This document shows, one piece after another, positions 30,578 to 41,181 of a stretch of 64,000 nucleotides of DNA. The notes below the pieces were generated by a model. That model was not told the origin of the DNA, did no database searches, and was given only the letters and a program-made list of their open reading frames with translations. How positions within the stretch are numbered: the stretch's first letter is position 1; every line of letters starts with the position of its first letter. Made by a program: the position numbers and the translations under genes. Origin of the DNA: an uncultured Acidimicrobiales bacterium (GTDB lineage Bacteria > Actinomycetota > Actinomycetes > Mycobacteriales > QHCE01); the NCBI GenBank assembly GCA_963736285.1, contig CAVTOA010000003.1, positions 80,220 through 144,219 of the forward strand, written 5' to 3'.

Positions 30578-31074
30578 AATGACCTCCGGACGCGGCGGAA
30601 AACCAAAGGAGCGCTTATGCAGCGTACGAGAGCGTAAGCCGCTTCGAGCCTACTTTTGTGAGGCCCACTTCCCTCTTACCCCACTGCACCGATTGAGAGA
30701 CATGGTTACGTTTCTGATCCACTCGACGGATACAGTTCGATACGAAGCAGTACATCTCGCAGCACTACCGAGTTGCATTCCGGAAATCAGTTGCCGCTGG
30801 GGCGATCATCAAGTTGATTAGACAATAAGGCCGGGCCTTCCAGCAGACTTACAGGATGCGTTTTTGCGCGCGCGTAGGAGCGTGTAAGGCGCTGAGAGAT
30901 CGCTCGGGGAGCCTACCTCTCTCACTGCTGCATCAATTGATCTACACCAGGCCTACACGGCGGCGAATCACTCGCTTAAGCAGGTGCCGACCGAAAGAGA
31001 GACGCTAACGGTTTATACGATCTAGTTCTAACATTCTTCTTCTGTCCTCCAAGCTCCACAACTTTGACGCCTGG

Positions 31075-32601
31075 GTGTCGTCCATGAGGGTGAAAGTCCA
31101 CGAAACGATGGCAAATTCGACTATGAGTAAGTCAGCTCCAGAGTTAGAGGCACCATCCACTACTGGATTTCGACGACTCGTCGCACGTGTACTGCCCGCT
31201 ACTGTTTGGGCGGGTCCAGCTTTGTTCGCGCTAGTCATCGGGCGCTGGCGAGCCGGGCGTCCGGTTATCGGCTGGGACGAAGCTGCCAGCTGGGGATCGG
31301 CAAGCCGTTCGATCGGCCAAATATTTCGACTTGCCGGCAATATCGATGGCGTCATTGCGCCGTACTACTTGTTCCTACACTTCTGGATATCGATTTTTGG
31401 CGACTCCGAATTGTCGCTACGTACACCCTCTTACCTGGCTGCTGCGTGCGCCGTCGGTTTGACCGCCGCGATCGGTCGCCGGCTCTTTAATGCACGAATT
31501 GGTGTGATCGCCGCGCTATTGCTCGCGGTCATCCCAGCCTTCAGTCGCTATGCCCAAGAGATTCGCCCTTACGGCCTCGCGTTGTTCTTTGGATGTCTTT
31601 CCACCTGGCTACTGCTGCGTTGTATGGATAAGCCACTGGTACGCCGGTGGGTTGGGTATGGGCTCGCCATCATGGCGATAGGGCTTTTCCACCTGCTCGG
31701 GCTTTTCCTTCTATTCGGACACTTGGCGTTTGTCGCCATCCGCTGGTGGAAGGATCGTTCGCGGGCCCTGGCCGTCGGCTGGATCTTCTCGGCTGGGCTG
31801 GCGAGCCTGGCTTGCCTGCCGCTGGCACTGCTCGGCGCTGGCCAGCGCAGTCAATTGTTTTGGCTGCCGCCTATGCGGTGGGACACGTTTATAACTTTGC
31901 CGGAGGGGCTCTTTTTTACCGCTGGAGTTGGCTGGGTTGTCATCGGCGTGGCCATCGCAGCGGCGGCGCGACAACGCGGCGCTGTAGCTGCGCTAGCTAT
32001 TACCGCAGCCGCCCCTGCGCTCTGTCTTTACGTTGCCGCGTTCCAAACTCAGCTCTGGGTGCCGCGATATGTGCTGTATACGTTGATGGCCTGGTGCCTT
32101 TTGGCCGCCGTCACGGTGGGACGTTCATGGCTCCGAACCGGAATCGTGTTTGCCTTAGTGTTGGCGCTGGGCTACCAGGTTCAACTGGATATGCGTAGCA
32201 CCACCGGACACGACACAGCCGACTATCGGGTTGTCGCTCGCACCGTCGCACAGGGGGCGCACCCCGGAGACGGAATTGTGTATGCGCCTCGCAGAATCGC
32301 CTGGAGCATAAGACCAGCGATGAATTACTACCAATTGCCACAGACAGCTAAGCTGCACGATGTATTGGTGACCAAGACTCCCGCACAGAACGGCAGTTTA
32401 ACTCCGCAGCTATGCACTGATCCTTCGGCTTGTCTGCACAATACATCGACTATCTGGGTAGTACTCACCGACAACAGTGCTACCGACCCGCTGAGTGAAT
32501 ACAATGCCGAACTACGCAACTACGTTTCGCTCCACTACCGGATCGCGTCTCGCACGTTGGCTGGGGGCGCAACCATTATCGAACTGGTCAAGCGCACGTA
32601 A
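31075..32601 (+). CDS. GT-C fold membrane glycosyltransferase (family 39-like mannosyltransferase)
   Basis: WDEAAS, 'PYYLFLHFW...LRTPS', RYAQEIRPY, many TM helices; start uncertain. Confidence 0.85.
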   Translation: MSSMRVKVHETMANSTMSKSAPELEAPSTTGFRRLVARVLPATVWAGPALFALVIGRWRAGRPVIGWDEAASWGSASRSIGQIFRLAGNIDGVIAPYYLFLHFWISIFGDSELSLRTPSYLAAACAVGLTAAIGRRLFNARIGVIAALLLAVIPAFSRYAQEIRPYGLALFFGCLSTWLLLRCMDKPLVRRWVGYGLAIMAIGLFHLLGLFLLFGHLAFVAIRWWKDRSRALAVGWIFSAGLASLACLPLALLGAGQRSQLFWLPPMRWDTFITLPEGLFFTAGVGWVVIGVAIAAAARQRGAVAALAITAAAPALCLYVAAFQTQLWVPRYVLYTLMAWCLLAAVTVGRSWLRTGIVFALVLALGYQVQLDMRSTTGHDTADYRVVARTVAQGAHPGDGIVYAPRRIAWSIRPAMNYYQLPQTAKLHDVLVTKTPAQNGSLTPQLCTDPSACLHNTSTIWVVLTDNSATDPLSEYNAELRNYVSLHYRIASRTLAGGATIIELVKRT

Positions 32602-32639
32602 CAACCACCGGCATCCGTCCCAGCTCTCACGCACAGCCG

Positions 32640-34019
32640 TTAACACCCCACGAGGCGGGCCGCAAGATATTGCTCGATGTGGTCCAGCGCCACCCGCTCT
32701 TGGCTCATAGAGTCACGCTCACGAACCGTGACCGCCTGGTCTTCAAGGGTGTCGAAGTCGACCGTGACGCAGAACGGCGTTCCGATCTCGTCCTGCCTGC
32801 GATAACGGCGGCCAATAGCCCCAGCGTCATCGAACTCGACCGTCCAATGTTGCCGCAGGGTGTCCGCTAGTTCGCGTGCCCGAGGCGAGAGCTCGGCATT
32901 CCGTGACAGGGGCAAGACCGCCACTTTGATGGGGGCTAGCCTGGGATCGAGCTTGAGCACTGTCCGGCGATCGACCCCGCCCTTGGCGTTCGGGGCTTCG
33001 TCCTCGACGTACGCATCCAACAAGAACGTCAGCACCGCGCGGTCGACCCCTGCTGCTGGCTCGATGACATAAGGCGTCCAGCGCTCGCCCACCGCCTGAT
33101 CGAAATAGGACAGATCCGCGCCCGAGGCCTCGGCATGCGCCGTGAGGTCGAAGTCGGTCCGGTTAGCGATGCCCTCAAGTTCGCCCCACTCGGTGCCCGC
33201 AAAATCGAACTTGTACTCGACATCGACGGTGCGCTTGGCATAGTGCGCCAGCTTTTCTTTGGGGTGTTCAAAAAGACGTAGCCGGTCTTCGTTGATGCCC
33301 AGATTGATGTACCACCGCAGCCGAGTGTCGATCCAGTACTGGTGCCACTCTTCGTCGGTCCCGGGCTTGACGAAGAACTCCATCTCCATCTGTTCGAACT
33401 CACGGGTCCGAAAAATAAAGTTGCCCGGGGTGATTTCGTTGCGGAAACTCTTGCCCTGCTGCGCAATTCCGAAAGGTGGCTTCTTGCGTGATGTCTGCTG
33501 CACGTTGGCGTAGTTAATAAAAATTCCCTGCGCGGTCTCGGGACGCAGGTATGCCAAGCCCGACTCGTCTTCCACCGCGCCGAGATACGTCTTCAACAAG
33601 CCCGAGAATTGGCGTGGTTCGGTGAACGCACCCTTAGTGCCACAGTTGGGGCAGTTAATGTCGGCGAGGCCATTCGCCGGCAACTTGCCCCGCTTGGCCT
33701 GGTACGCCTCTTCCAAGTGGTCTGCTCGGAAACGCTTATGGCACGCCTGACATTCGGTCAAGGGGTCGACGAAGGTATCCACGTGACCAGAGGCTTGCCA
33801 CACCTCACGGGCCACAATGACGCACGAGTCGAGGCCGACAACGTCGTCTCGACCAGCGACCATGGACTTCCACCACTGCCGCTTAACGTTATTTTTAAGC
33901 TCTACCCCCAGCGGGCCGTAGTCCCACGATGCCCGCAGACCTCCATAGATCTCGCTGGACGGGTAAACGAAGCCTCGGCGCTTAGCTAGGCCAACGATGA
34001 GGTCAAGACGATCAGACAC
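32640..34019 (-). CDS. glyQS: Glycine--tRNA ligase (alpha2 type)
   Basis: [61 protein letters not shown]. Start approximate. Confidence 0.96.
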   Translation of the reverse strand: MSDRLDLIVGLAKRRGFVYPSSEIYGGLRASWDYGPLGVELKNNVKRQWWKSMVAGRDDVVGLDSCVIVAREVWQASGHVDTFVDPLTECQACHKRFRADHLEEAYQAKRGKLPANGLADINCPNCGTKGAFTEPRQFSGLLKTYLGAVEDESGLAYLRPETAQGIFINYANVQQTSRKKPPFGIAQQGKSFRNEITPGNFIFRTREFEQMEMEFFVKPGTDEEWHQYWIDTRLRWYINLGINEDRLRLFEHPKEKLAHYAKRTVDVEYKFDFAGTEWGELEGIANRTDFDLTAHAEASGADLSYFDQAVGERWTPYVIEPAAGVDRAVLTFLLDAYVEDEAPNAKGGVDRRTVLKLDPRLAPIKVAVLPLSRNAELSPRARELADTLRQHWTVEFDDAGAIGRRYRRQDEIGTPFCVTVDFDTLEDQAVTVRERDSMSQERVALDHIEQYLAARLVGC

Positions 34020-34126
34020 CACAGCTCCATCCGGCTGGCGGTCGGCGGATAAATGTGCAGAGCGTATCGTCACCGGATCGGGTCTCATACTCCGACTCCA
34101 GATATCGCAAATGGACATGGCGCGCA

Positions 34127-34675
34127 TCAGGGACAGACACGGTAGTCACCTCCATCGCTGGTGACGTCCACGTGCTCGCGCCTACCGCTCCCGCTGACGT
34201 AGTCTTCGTCGACCGTGATCTCGAAACGATTCAAGCCATCGTCGCCGATCGTCACCTGATCAATGTCGTAGTCGACGAGGCGCGGCCCACTCCGCATTCG
34301 CGCGCCAAATTCCGCACTGGTCTCGCTATCTTGAGCACGGTCGCACAGCATCCGGTATGCGCGGGAATAGTCCTGTTCCTTGAGCTGGTGGAAGTACTGT
34401 TCGGCGGATTCACGGACATCTCTGCGACCGTTGTCGACGAGTCGATATCCCACGAAGCCAAATATTCCGCAGCATCCACAACACAGAAGCAGGACTGCTC
34501 CTACCAACGACAATCCGATGATCCAGGCGCGGGAGCGTGTTGAGGTGGCCGGGGGTACATCGCCCCCGGTGTGGTGTGGAAGGTAACCGCCGGGCGAAAC
34601 ATGCGACAGCGGGTCACCTTGACCACTCGGGCCAGTAGGTGGTCCACCAGATGGGGGCAGCGGAGGTTGGTTCAT
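34127..34675 (-). CDS. Membrane-anchored hypothetical protein (Pro-rich N-terminus, single TM)
   Basis: Pro-rich start, TM with CCGCCG, '[10 protein letters not shown]', C-terminal YRVCP. Confidence 0.6.
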   Translation of the reverse strand: MNQPPLPPSGGPPTGPSGQGDPLSHVSPGGYLPHHTGGDVPPATSTRSRAWIIGLSLVGAVLLLCCGCCGIFGFVGYRLVDNGRRDVRESAEQYFHQLKEQDYSRAYRMLCDRAQDSETSAEFGARMRSGPRLVDYDIDQVTIGDDGLNRFEITVDEDYVSGSGRREHVDVTSDGGDYRVCP

Positions 34676-34703
34676 AGGGGCAATCTTCCGTGTTCGATGT
34701 TCT

Positions 34704-35729
34704 ATGCCGTACACCTACCCGGTCGCTTGGCATCCGACGACGGTAGCGTGTGGCGCTGTGTGGAGGAAAGCAACGAGGAAATCGCTGACGAGTGTGGCCG
34801 GAGCTCTGCTGAGCGTCGCCATCGCAGCAACCATCGGTGGATGCGGGATCGGCAGCAGTGATGCGGGAAAAATGACAGTCGTCACCGGGTTCTATCCGTT
34901 GACCTACATCACTAAAAGCGTAGGCGGCACCCTGGCCTCGGTGAGCGATCTGGCTCCGCCAAACATAGATCCACAAAACATGCACTTGAACAACGCACAG
35001 CGCAACCATGTCGCCGAGGCGGATCTGGTCATATATCTCAAAGGGTTTCAGCCCGAGCTCGACCAGGCGGTCCTAAATTTCAATCACGACCGAGGCTTCA
35101 ACGTGGTCGCGAGCGAACCACTGCGGCATGGAAAAGTCCCCACCGGAGCTGGTCAGGCGCTCAGCGCTGACGCGACTGGTCAGGATCCATACGCTTGGCT
35201 AGACCCCATCCGCTTTGCGAACATGGTTGACGCGGTAGCAAAGCGTTTCGGATCTATCCATCCGGAACGCTCCAAACAGTACAGTCGCAATGCTGGCAAA
35301 CTGCGCGCTCGACTGCAGCTGCTCGACCAGGACTACCGCAACGGCCTGCAAAACTGTCGGTCCCGCACGTTCGTTACCGCACGCAATACCTTCGGATACC
35401 TCGCTGATCGCTATCAGCTCAACCAAATTCCTATCGGCGACCTGGATGGAGCGCATAAGCCCTCCCACGCACGCATAGGCGAGGTTGTTCAACTGGCCCA
35501 AAAGGACAAAGCAACAACCGTGTTCGCTGAGCCCACTGTTGGTGCGAGTAGGACCACCAGCACTGGCGCTTCTGACGCGGTGGCTTCGGTCGCTCAACAG
35601 CTCAGAGCGAAGACCGCTACGCTTGATCCGTTGGAAAAGTCCCCCACCGGCGAGGGCCAACAGCGCGACTACTTCACACAAATGAGGGCGAACTTGGAGG
35701 CTCTTCGCACCGCTTTGGGGTGTTCATAG
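34704..35729 (+). CDS. ZnuA/AdcA-like ABC substrate-binding lipoprotein with degenerate metal ligands
   Basis: Lipobox IGGC, VVTGFYPL, YLKGFQP, WLDP, FGYLADRY, LDPLE, DYFTQMRANL..L..ALGC. Start uncertain. Confidence 0.8.
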   Translation: MPYTYPVAWHPTTVACGAVWRKATRKSLTSVAGALLSVAIAATIGGCGIGSSDAGKMTVVTGFYPLTYITKSVGGTLASVSDLAPPNIDPQNMHLNNAQRNHVAEADLVIYLKGFQPELDQAVLNFNHDRGFNVVASEPLRHGKVPTGAGQALSADATGQDPYAWLDPIRFANMVDAVAKRFGSIHPERSKQYSRNAGKLRARLQLLDQDYRNGLQNCRSRTFVTARNTFGYLADRYQLNQIPIGDLDGAHKPSHARIGEVVQLAQKDKATTVFAEPTVGASRTTSTGASDAVASVAQQLRAKTATLDPLEKSPTGEGQQRDYFTQMRANLEALRTALGCS

Positions 35730-35949
35730 TCGCTGTTTCCCACTCTTGCCAGCCAACGCCGACTTTGTCAGCCGCCTTAGAACGCACCCGAAATGGAGCA
35801 CACATGTCTCCTTCCGCTGCTAAATACGAGCGCGAGGACCTGCCGCCTAGAGAGGCGAGCGGGTCGCGCGCAGAGTGCGGAGACGAACGCGCACAACATG
35901 GTCAGCCCGCCCCATTGTCTAATCTCGACAAATAGGCTTATATTTACCC

Positions 35950-38355
35950 ATGCCGACACGAGTTGCCGACATCTTCACCTCCGTCCGTTCCCTCCTTCGA
36001 CACGACGTGCCCGCCTCGCTGGTGGTCTTTCTCGTCGCCATTCCGCTCTCACTGGGCATAGCGTCTGCCGCCGGGGCTCCACTCATCGCGGGGCTCGTAG
36101 CCGCTGTCGTGGGTGGGGTAGTAGCCGGCGCGCTCGGGGGCGCACCGCTACAAGTCAGCGGACCGGCGGCGGGGCTCACCATCATCGTCGCCCAAACAGT
36201 GCACACCTACGGATGGCCCGCGATGGCGGCCATCACCGTGGCCGCGGGAGTCGTGCAGGTGGTGCTCGGCGTCACCAAGCTAGGACGCGCGGCGCTGTCG
36301 CTCTCCCCCGCCATTGTGCACGGCATGCTCGCCGGAATCGGGCTTACCATCGCCATTGGGCAGATCCATGTGGTGCTGGGCGGCAAAGCACACGAATCTA
36401 TGCTCGCAGACCTGCGTGAGCTGCCTACGCAGCTGATCCACCATCACAGCCAAGCAACTCTGATCGGGGCATTCACTGTCGCTGTCTTATTGTGCTGGCC
36501 ACGGCTGCCGCGCGTGAAGGCCGTTCCGGCACCGCTAGTGGCACTGGTAAGCGCCACGCTCATCGTGGTAGCGCTTGGCTGGAAAGTACCCCTCGTCAAT
36601 CTCCCCGATAACCCACTCAACGCGATCGAGTTTCCTCAACTCCCTCACGGCAACTGGACCGGCATTGTCCTTGCTATAGGTACCGTTGCGGCCGTCGCCA
36701 GTGTTCAGGCGTTGCTATCGGCCGTTGCGGTCGACAAGCTACACGAAGGTCCCCGCGCGAATTTAGATCGCGAGCTGGTAGCTCAGGGCCTCGCAAACCT
36801 GGTCTCCGGCAGTCTGGGGGGATTTCCGGTGACGGGCGTTATTGTCCGAGGTTCTGCCAACGTTGGTGCCGGTGCTCGCAGTCGCGCCTCAGCAATTTTG
36901 CACGGACTATGGATTGCCGCATTCGCTGTTTTAGCCGTACAAATGCTAGAGCTCATTCCGTTGTCAGTACTGGCGGCTATCCTGGTCGTTGTTGGTGTGC
37001 GGCTCATCAAGGTTGCCCATATGCGCGATTTGCTTAGGCACCATGAGCTTTCGGTATACCTAGCCACGGGGGCTGGTGTGGCATTGCTGGGTGTGGTCCA
37101 AGGGGTGTTGATCGGCGTTTCAGTTGCGATTATTCGCGCGCTGTACCGGGTCGCGCATGCCACGATCCGCACCAAAAACTCCGGACCGGGCACCTGGCAC
37201 GTGACGATTCATGGTTCGTTGATTTTTTGGGCCGTCGGACGGCTCGTCAGGGAACTGCGCGGCATTCCCCATGGGCAGCGGGTCACTGTCGAGCTGCATA
37301 CCGACTTCATTGATCACGCCAGCTACGAAGCACTCACCGAATGGATTGATGCCTATCACCGGTCTGACGGCAAAGTCATTGTCGATGAGATCCATGGAAA
37401 TTGGTACAAGCTGGCGGCGCATGGCCGACCTGAGGGACGAAAGCACCTGCCCGCCCCACCCCTTCGATGGTTCGCCCCGTGGTCTCAATGGCAACAAAGC
37501 GAGATCCACGGGAGCAAAGACTCAATCCTGGCTGGCATGCGTGAGTTCGAGCATCGAAACGCACCGCTCGTGCGGCCGTTTCTGGAAGAGCTGGGCGCAC
37601 ACGGCCAACACCCTAAGCAGCTTTTCATCACCTGCGTCGATTCGAGAGTCGTTCCCAACGTGATCACCAGCAGCGGTCCCGGCGATTTGCTGTGTGTGCG
37701 CAACGTCGCCAACGTCGTGCCCGCGCACGGCTCACGCGCGGACGCATCGGTGGGGGCATCGATCGAATTCGCTGTACAAAATCTCGGGGTCACGTCCATT
37801 GTGGTGTGTGGTCACTCGACCTGCGGTGGGGTGCAAGCGGCGCTTGCCCATAAACCACGACGGCTCAAGCGACACGAGGGTCATTTGGAACGGTGGATTG
37901 GCAACCTCAAGCCCAGCCTGGTGCGCTACCGCCGTAACGGGCCACCGCCCACGACGGAGCAGCTGCCCGAGGCTGAGCAGTTGTGTGTGGTCAACGTGGC
38001 CCAGCAGCTACAGCATCTCCGCAGCTACCCGTATGTGCGTAGCCGCATCGAAGAAGGCAAAATTGAGCTAATGGGGGTGTACTTCGACATCAGCGACGCG
38101 AAGCTACACCTCGTCGATGAAAACACCTGCGCACTCACACCGCTCACGTCATTTCTTGACCCCGCCGTACCGGCGGTCGCGACTGGCGTACTCGCTGATG
38201 GCGTCCCACAAGGCCAGTCGCGAAAAGTCCGGAAACTTCGTGTCAGTAAAGACCAACTCGGCATAGGCGGACTGCCAGAGCAAGAAATTGGAGATCCGCT
38301 GTTCTCCGGAGGTGCGGATGAACAGATCGACATCGGGGAGCAACGGGTCATATAG
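35950..38355 (+). CDS. SulP anion transporter / beta-carbonic anhydrase fusion (Rv3273-like)
   Basis: ASLVVFLVAIPLSLGIA, QVSGPAAGL; CA motifs CVDSR and HSTCG. The 3' end overlaps uppS by 207 bp. Confidence 0.9.
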   Translation: MPTRVADIFTSVRSLLRHDVPASLVVFLVAIPLSLGIASAAGAPLIAGLVAAVVGGVVAGALGGAPLQVSGPAAGLTIIVAQTVHTYGWPAMAAITVAAGVVQVVLGVTKLGRAALSLSPAIVHGMLAGIGLTIAIGQIHVVLGGKAHESMLADLRELPTQLIHHHSQATLIGAFTVAVLLCWPRLPRVKAVPAPLVALVSATLIVVALGWKVPLVNLPDNPLNAIEFPQLPHGNWTGIVLAIGTVAAVASVQALLSAVAVDKLHEGPRANLDRELVAQGLANLVSGSLGGFPVTGVIVRGSANVGAGARSRASAILHGLWIAAFAVLAVQMLELIPLSVLAAILVVVGVRLIKVAHMRDLLRHHELSVYLATGAGVALLGVVQGVLIGVSVAIIRALYRVAHATIRTKNSGPGTWHVTIHGSLIFWAVGRLVRELRGIPHGQRVTVELHTDFIDHASYEALTEWIDAYHRSDGKVIVDEIHGNWYKLAAHGRPEGRKHLPAPPLRWFAPWSQWQQSEIHGSKDSILAGMREFEHRNAPLVRPFLEELGAHGQHPKQLFITCVDSRVVPNVITSSGPGDLLCVRNVANVVPAHGSRADASVGASIEFAVQNLGVTSIVVCGHSTCGGVQAALAHKPRRLKRHEGHLERWIGNLKPSLVRYRRNGPPPTTEQLPEAEQLCVVNVAQQLQHLRSYPYVRSRIEEGKIELMGVYFDISDAKLHLVDENTCALTPLTSFLDPAVPAVATGVLADGVPQGQSRKVRKLRVSKDQLGIGGLPEQEIGDPLFSGGADEQIDIGEQRVI

Positions 38356-38943
38356 GTACCGAGCGAACATTTTCTCGTCCACTTTGGACGGCTTAAGCTT
38401 GCCAGCGGCTACGTCTTCGGCCATGCTCGCTGCCGCGTCCGCGATCTCCGCCCTACCGCCATAGTTGATGCACATCGTCAATGTGAGCACCGAATTATGA
38501 CGAGTCACCTGTTCTGCGGTCTCCAGCTCATGCAGCACACTCGGCCACAGCCGTGAGCGCCGACCAGACCAACGCATCCGCACGCCCCGTGCGTGCAGTT
38601 CATCGCGCCGACGGCGCAGAATGTCGCGACTGTAGCCCAAAATGAACCGCACCTCACTGGGCGAACGTCGCCAGTTTTCGGTAGAAAACGCAAATACCGA
38701 AAGATGACGTACGCCTAGCTCGATGCAGCCGTCCACCACGTCCATCAGTACTGGCTCGGCTTGCCTATGCCCTTCGGTACGTGGCCAGCCACGCTCTTTT
38801 GCCCACCGCCCGTTGCCGTCCATCACGAGCGCCACATGCCGCGGAATCTGTTCTGGCGAAAGCCGCGGCGGCCGTATACCAGAAGGATGCGGAGGAGGCG
38901 GCAAGACTTCATGTGCCAGATCAGAAGCTGTATCCATCCGCAA
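38149..38943 (-). CDS. uppS: Isoprenyl transferase (UPP synthase)
   Basis: MDGNGRWA, FSTENWRR, NYGGR, RTSGEQRISNFLLWQSAYAE. Confidence 0.95.
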   Translation of the reverse strand: MRMDTASDLAHEVLPPPPHPSGIRPPRLSPEQIPRHVALVMDGNGRWAKERGWPRTEGHRQAEPVLMDVVDGCIELGVRHLSVFAFSTENWRRSPSEVRFILGYSRDILRRRRDELHARGVRMRWSGRRSRLWPSVLHELETAEQVTRHNSVLTLTMCINYGGRAEIADAAASMAEDVAAGKLKPSKVDEKMFARYLYDPLLPDVDLFIRTSGEQRISNFLLWQSAYAELVFTDTKFPDFSRLALWDAISEYASRDRRYGGVKK

Positions 38944-39062
38944 AACGCCTACTTTCTGTGACTAGCAAACCGTGGGAGCTCGCGCTGCTGAAGTCGGTCA
39001 TATTAAGGTCCGGTGCGAAAACATCTGCTGCCTCACATCCACAGACACTCACCAAATAGACC

Positions 39063-39857
39063 TTACGGCGAGCGCTGAAAACCCAACTGTCCGCCCAAGG
39101 AAGCCGCGTGGGAGCTCGCGCGTTCCACCAGAGGAAGCGCCCTTAGCCCACGCTCCACGTGCCACTGCAAATGTGCGGCGATGAGCCCGCTCGCTTCTCG
39201 GCGGGTAGTGCGGTCCGCGGTATCCGCATAAGCCCAATCGCCACTGAGCAATGCGACCATCAACTCCAGCGACGTGGGCGACGGCGAGGCCGCTCCAGCC
39301 GGTCGACAATGACGACAGACGCATCCGCCCGCTGTCACCGAAAACGCGGCATGCACACCACGTCCACCGCAGACAGCACACTCGGTTAACGCCGGTGCCC
39401 ACCCGGCTATCGCCATCGCACGTAACAGGTAGGCATCCAAAACCAGCTCCGCCTTATGCGCATCCTCACTCAGCGACCGCAACGCACCTACTGTCAGCAG
39501 ATACAACCGCAACGTGGGTTCGCCCTCCTCGCCCGCCAACTGATCAGCGGTCTCAGCGACTGCGCTCGCCGCTGTATAACGCGGATAGTCACCCATGATG
39601 TGTTTACCGAAATGCGTAATGGTCTCGGTTTGCCGCACCACGTGCAACCCACGGTTGCCAGTGCGTCCCGCATAGAACTGGGCGTCAACGTGGCTAAAGG
39701 GCTCTAACCTGGCGCCGATCCGGCTGGTGGTCTTGCGAACCCCGCGTGCCACGGCCCGGATTTTTCCATGACGCCGGCTCAGCAAAGTAACAATTCGATC
39801 AGCCTCGCCGAGCTTTTGTGTCCGTAACACCACAGCATCGTCTCGGTAGAGGTTCAC
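39063..39857 (-). CDS. recO: DNA repair protein RecO
   Basis: LYRDDAVVLRTQKLGEADRI, GARLEPF, two CxxC zinc motifs; start GTG 39857. Confidence 0.93.
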   Translation of the reverse strand: MNLYRDDAVVLRTQKLGEADRIVTLLSRRHGKIRAVARGVRKTTSRIGARLEPFSHVDAQFYAGRTGNRGLHVVRQTETITHFGKHIMGDYPRYTAASAVAETADQLAGEEGEPTLRLYLLTVGALRSLSEDAHKAELVLDAYLLRAMAIAGWAPALTECAVCGGRGVHAAFSVTAGGCVCRHCRPAGAASPSPTSLELMVALLSGDWAYADTADRTTRREASGLIAAHLQWHVERGLRALPLVERASSHAASLGGQLGFQRSP

Positions 39858-39900
39858 TCCGTAATTCTTACATGGTGGACCATCACCTGATCGACCGAAC

Positions 39901-40953
39901 TTATCGGGCAAGGACGGCCCCGCCTGTGACCCCCACTTGAAAGCCACGATTTGACCCCAGCATCCCCAGGCGCGCATTGGGGATGGGTGAGAACATGCGG
40001 GACACGAGCTCTCTAGGCCGATGTAGCCAGCGAACCACAGCCGGCACCTCATTGACACAAACCGCATCAACACCCGCGAGCAATAACGTGGTGGCCTCGT
40101 GCGCTTCAGCTGCCCTATCGTCTGCCCCAGACCACCATGCCAAAACGCCCAACCCTTGGTCATGAATCTGCTCTAGCTGCCGCGTAAGCCATCGGTTTGG
40201 CTGCCCAGCCGAGTCGTAAAGAAGCATCGATCGATGAACATTTACCATATCTGCTTTGCATGCTTTAGCGCGTCGAACCGCTTCCCTCAAGGAAATTCTT
40301 TGCTGGCGATTTCTCACGTCGTGACTGGCGAAGAGATAGCCAAGTTTAAATCGCAAGGACGGATGGTTATTGGGAGACTTCGCTATGCGAAATCTATTGT
40401 GCGCTTGCTTTCTGATTTTTGATCGTGCGCAACGATATTTACTGTAACTAGAAATAACTGTCGGATCGAATGAAGATACCATGAGCGAGAAGGCATTGGA
40501 AAGTCGAACAATTCGTTTTTGAAAAGTTTGTATTATGTTATGTTCTAACACTTGCTCATTTTCGGTGTAACCAGTTTTAATTTCAACATTGAGCGCGATA
40601 CGATACTCGGCATCGCCAGCTTTCCGTCGCTCCGCTTGGTATTCGACGAGTTTTTCTTCTGTATGATCGAATGTTTGGATGCCATATTTTATTTGCAATC
40701 GATCCAAGGTTTCTTCGGCGATACGTACGCCATCTATTCGGCCCTTGTTATAAACAACGAGATATCCATCTCTTGTTAAGTGAATGTCTAACTCGATACC
40801 TTGCGCGCCGGACTTCAATGCTCGAATTAGCGACTCAGCGGTATTTTCTTTTGGCTTTATACTGGTATTAGAATCGCCAGTAACACCACATCCCCGATGA
40901 CCATATACAGTGGCGCAATTGGAAACGATCCTTCCGATAGGTGAGGAAAACAC
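39901..40953 (-). CDS. Glycerophosphodiester phosphodiesterase-like protein, AT-rich and degenerate
   Basis: GHRG, ENT, IELDIHLTRDG, NVEIK, SSFD, GVDAVC; the expected HD motif reads NK. Confidence 0.75.
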   Translation of the reverse strand: MFSSPIGRIVSNCATVYGHRGCGVTGDSNTSIKPKENTAESLIRALKSGAQGIELDIHLTRDGYLVVYNKGRIDGVRIAEETLDRLQIKYGIQTFDHTEEKLVEYQAERRKAGDAEYRIALNVEIKTGYTENEQVLEHNIIQTFQKRIVRLSNAFSLMVSSFDPTVISSYSKYRCARSKIRKQAHNRFRIAKSPNNHPSLRFKLGYLFASHDVRNRQQRISLREAVRRAKACKADMVNVHRSMLLYDSAGQPNRWLTRQLEQIHDQGLGVLAWWSGADDRAAEAHEATTLLLAGVDAVCVNEVPAVVRWLHRPRELVSRMFSPIPNARLGMLGSNRGFQVGVTGGAVLAR

Positions 40954-41181
40954 CTCGGTACGTTAACAATCAACTTATATGAACATAGAGTCAAACGTCG
41001 ATATCTGATTCTTTTCACAATCCACAGATAACCTTCACATTAGGTCGCGTCACACGATAAGAGGACCTCGCAGCTCTGCACCGGCGACGGCTTCCGATTC
41101 GAAGGCCGCACCACGTTTTCGAGGGACTTACTCTACGAGTGACTTAAGACCCAACGAGCGACAGACGTCCGCCATCGCGGC

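Noticed and set aside
30578-31074. Long ppdK/glycosyltransferase intergenic region as a riboswitch or sRNA
   Set aside because: I could not recognise any conserved RNA motif or strong structure; an Rfam search would be needed.
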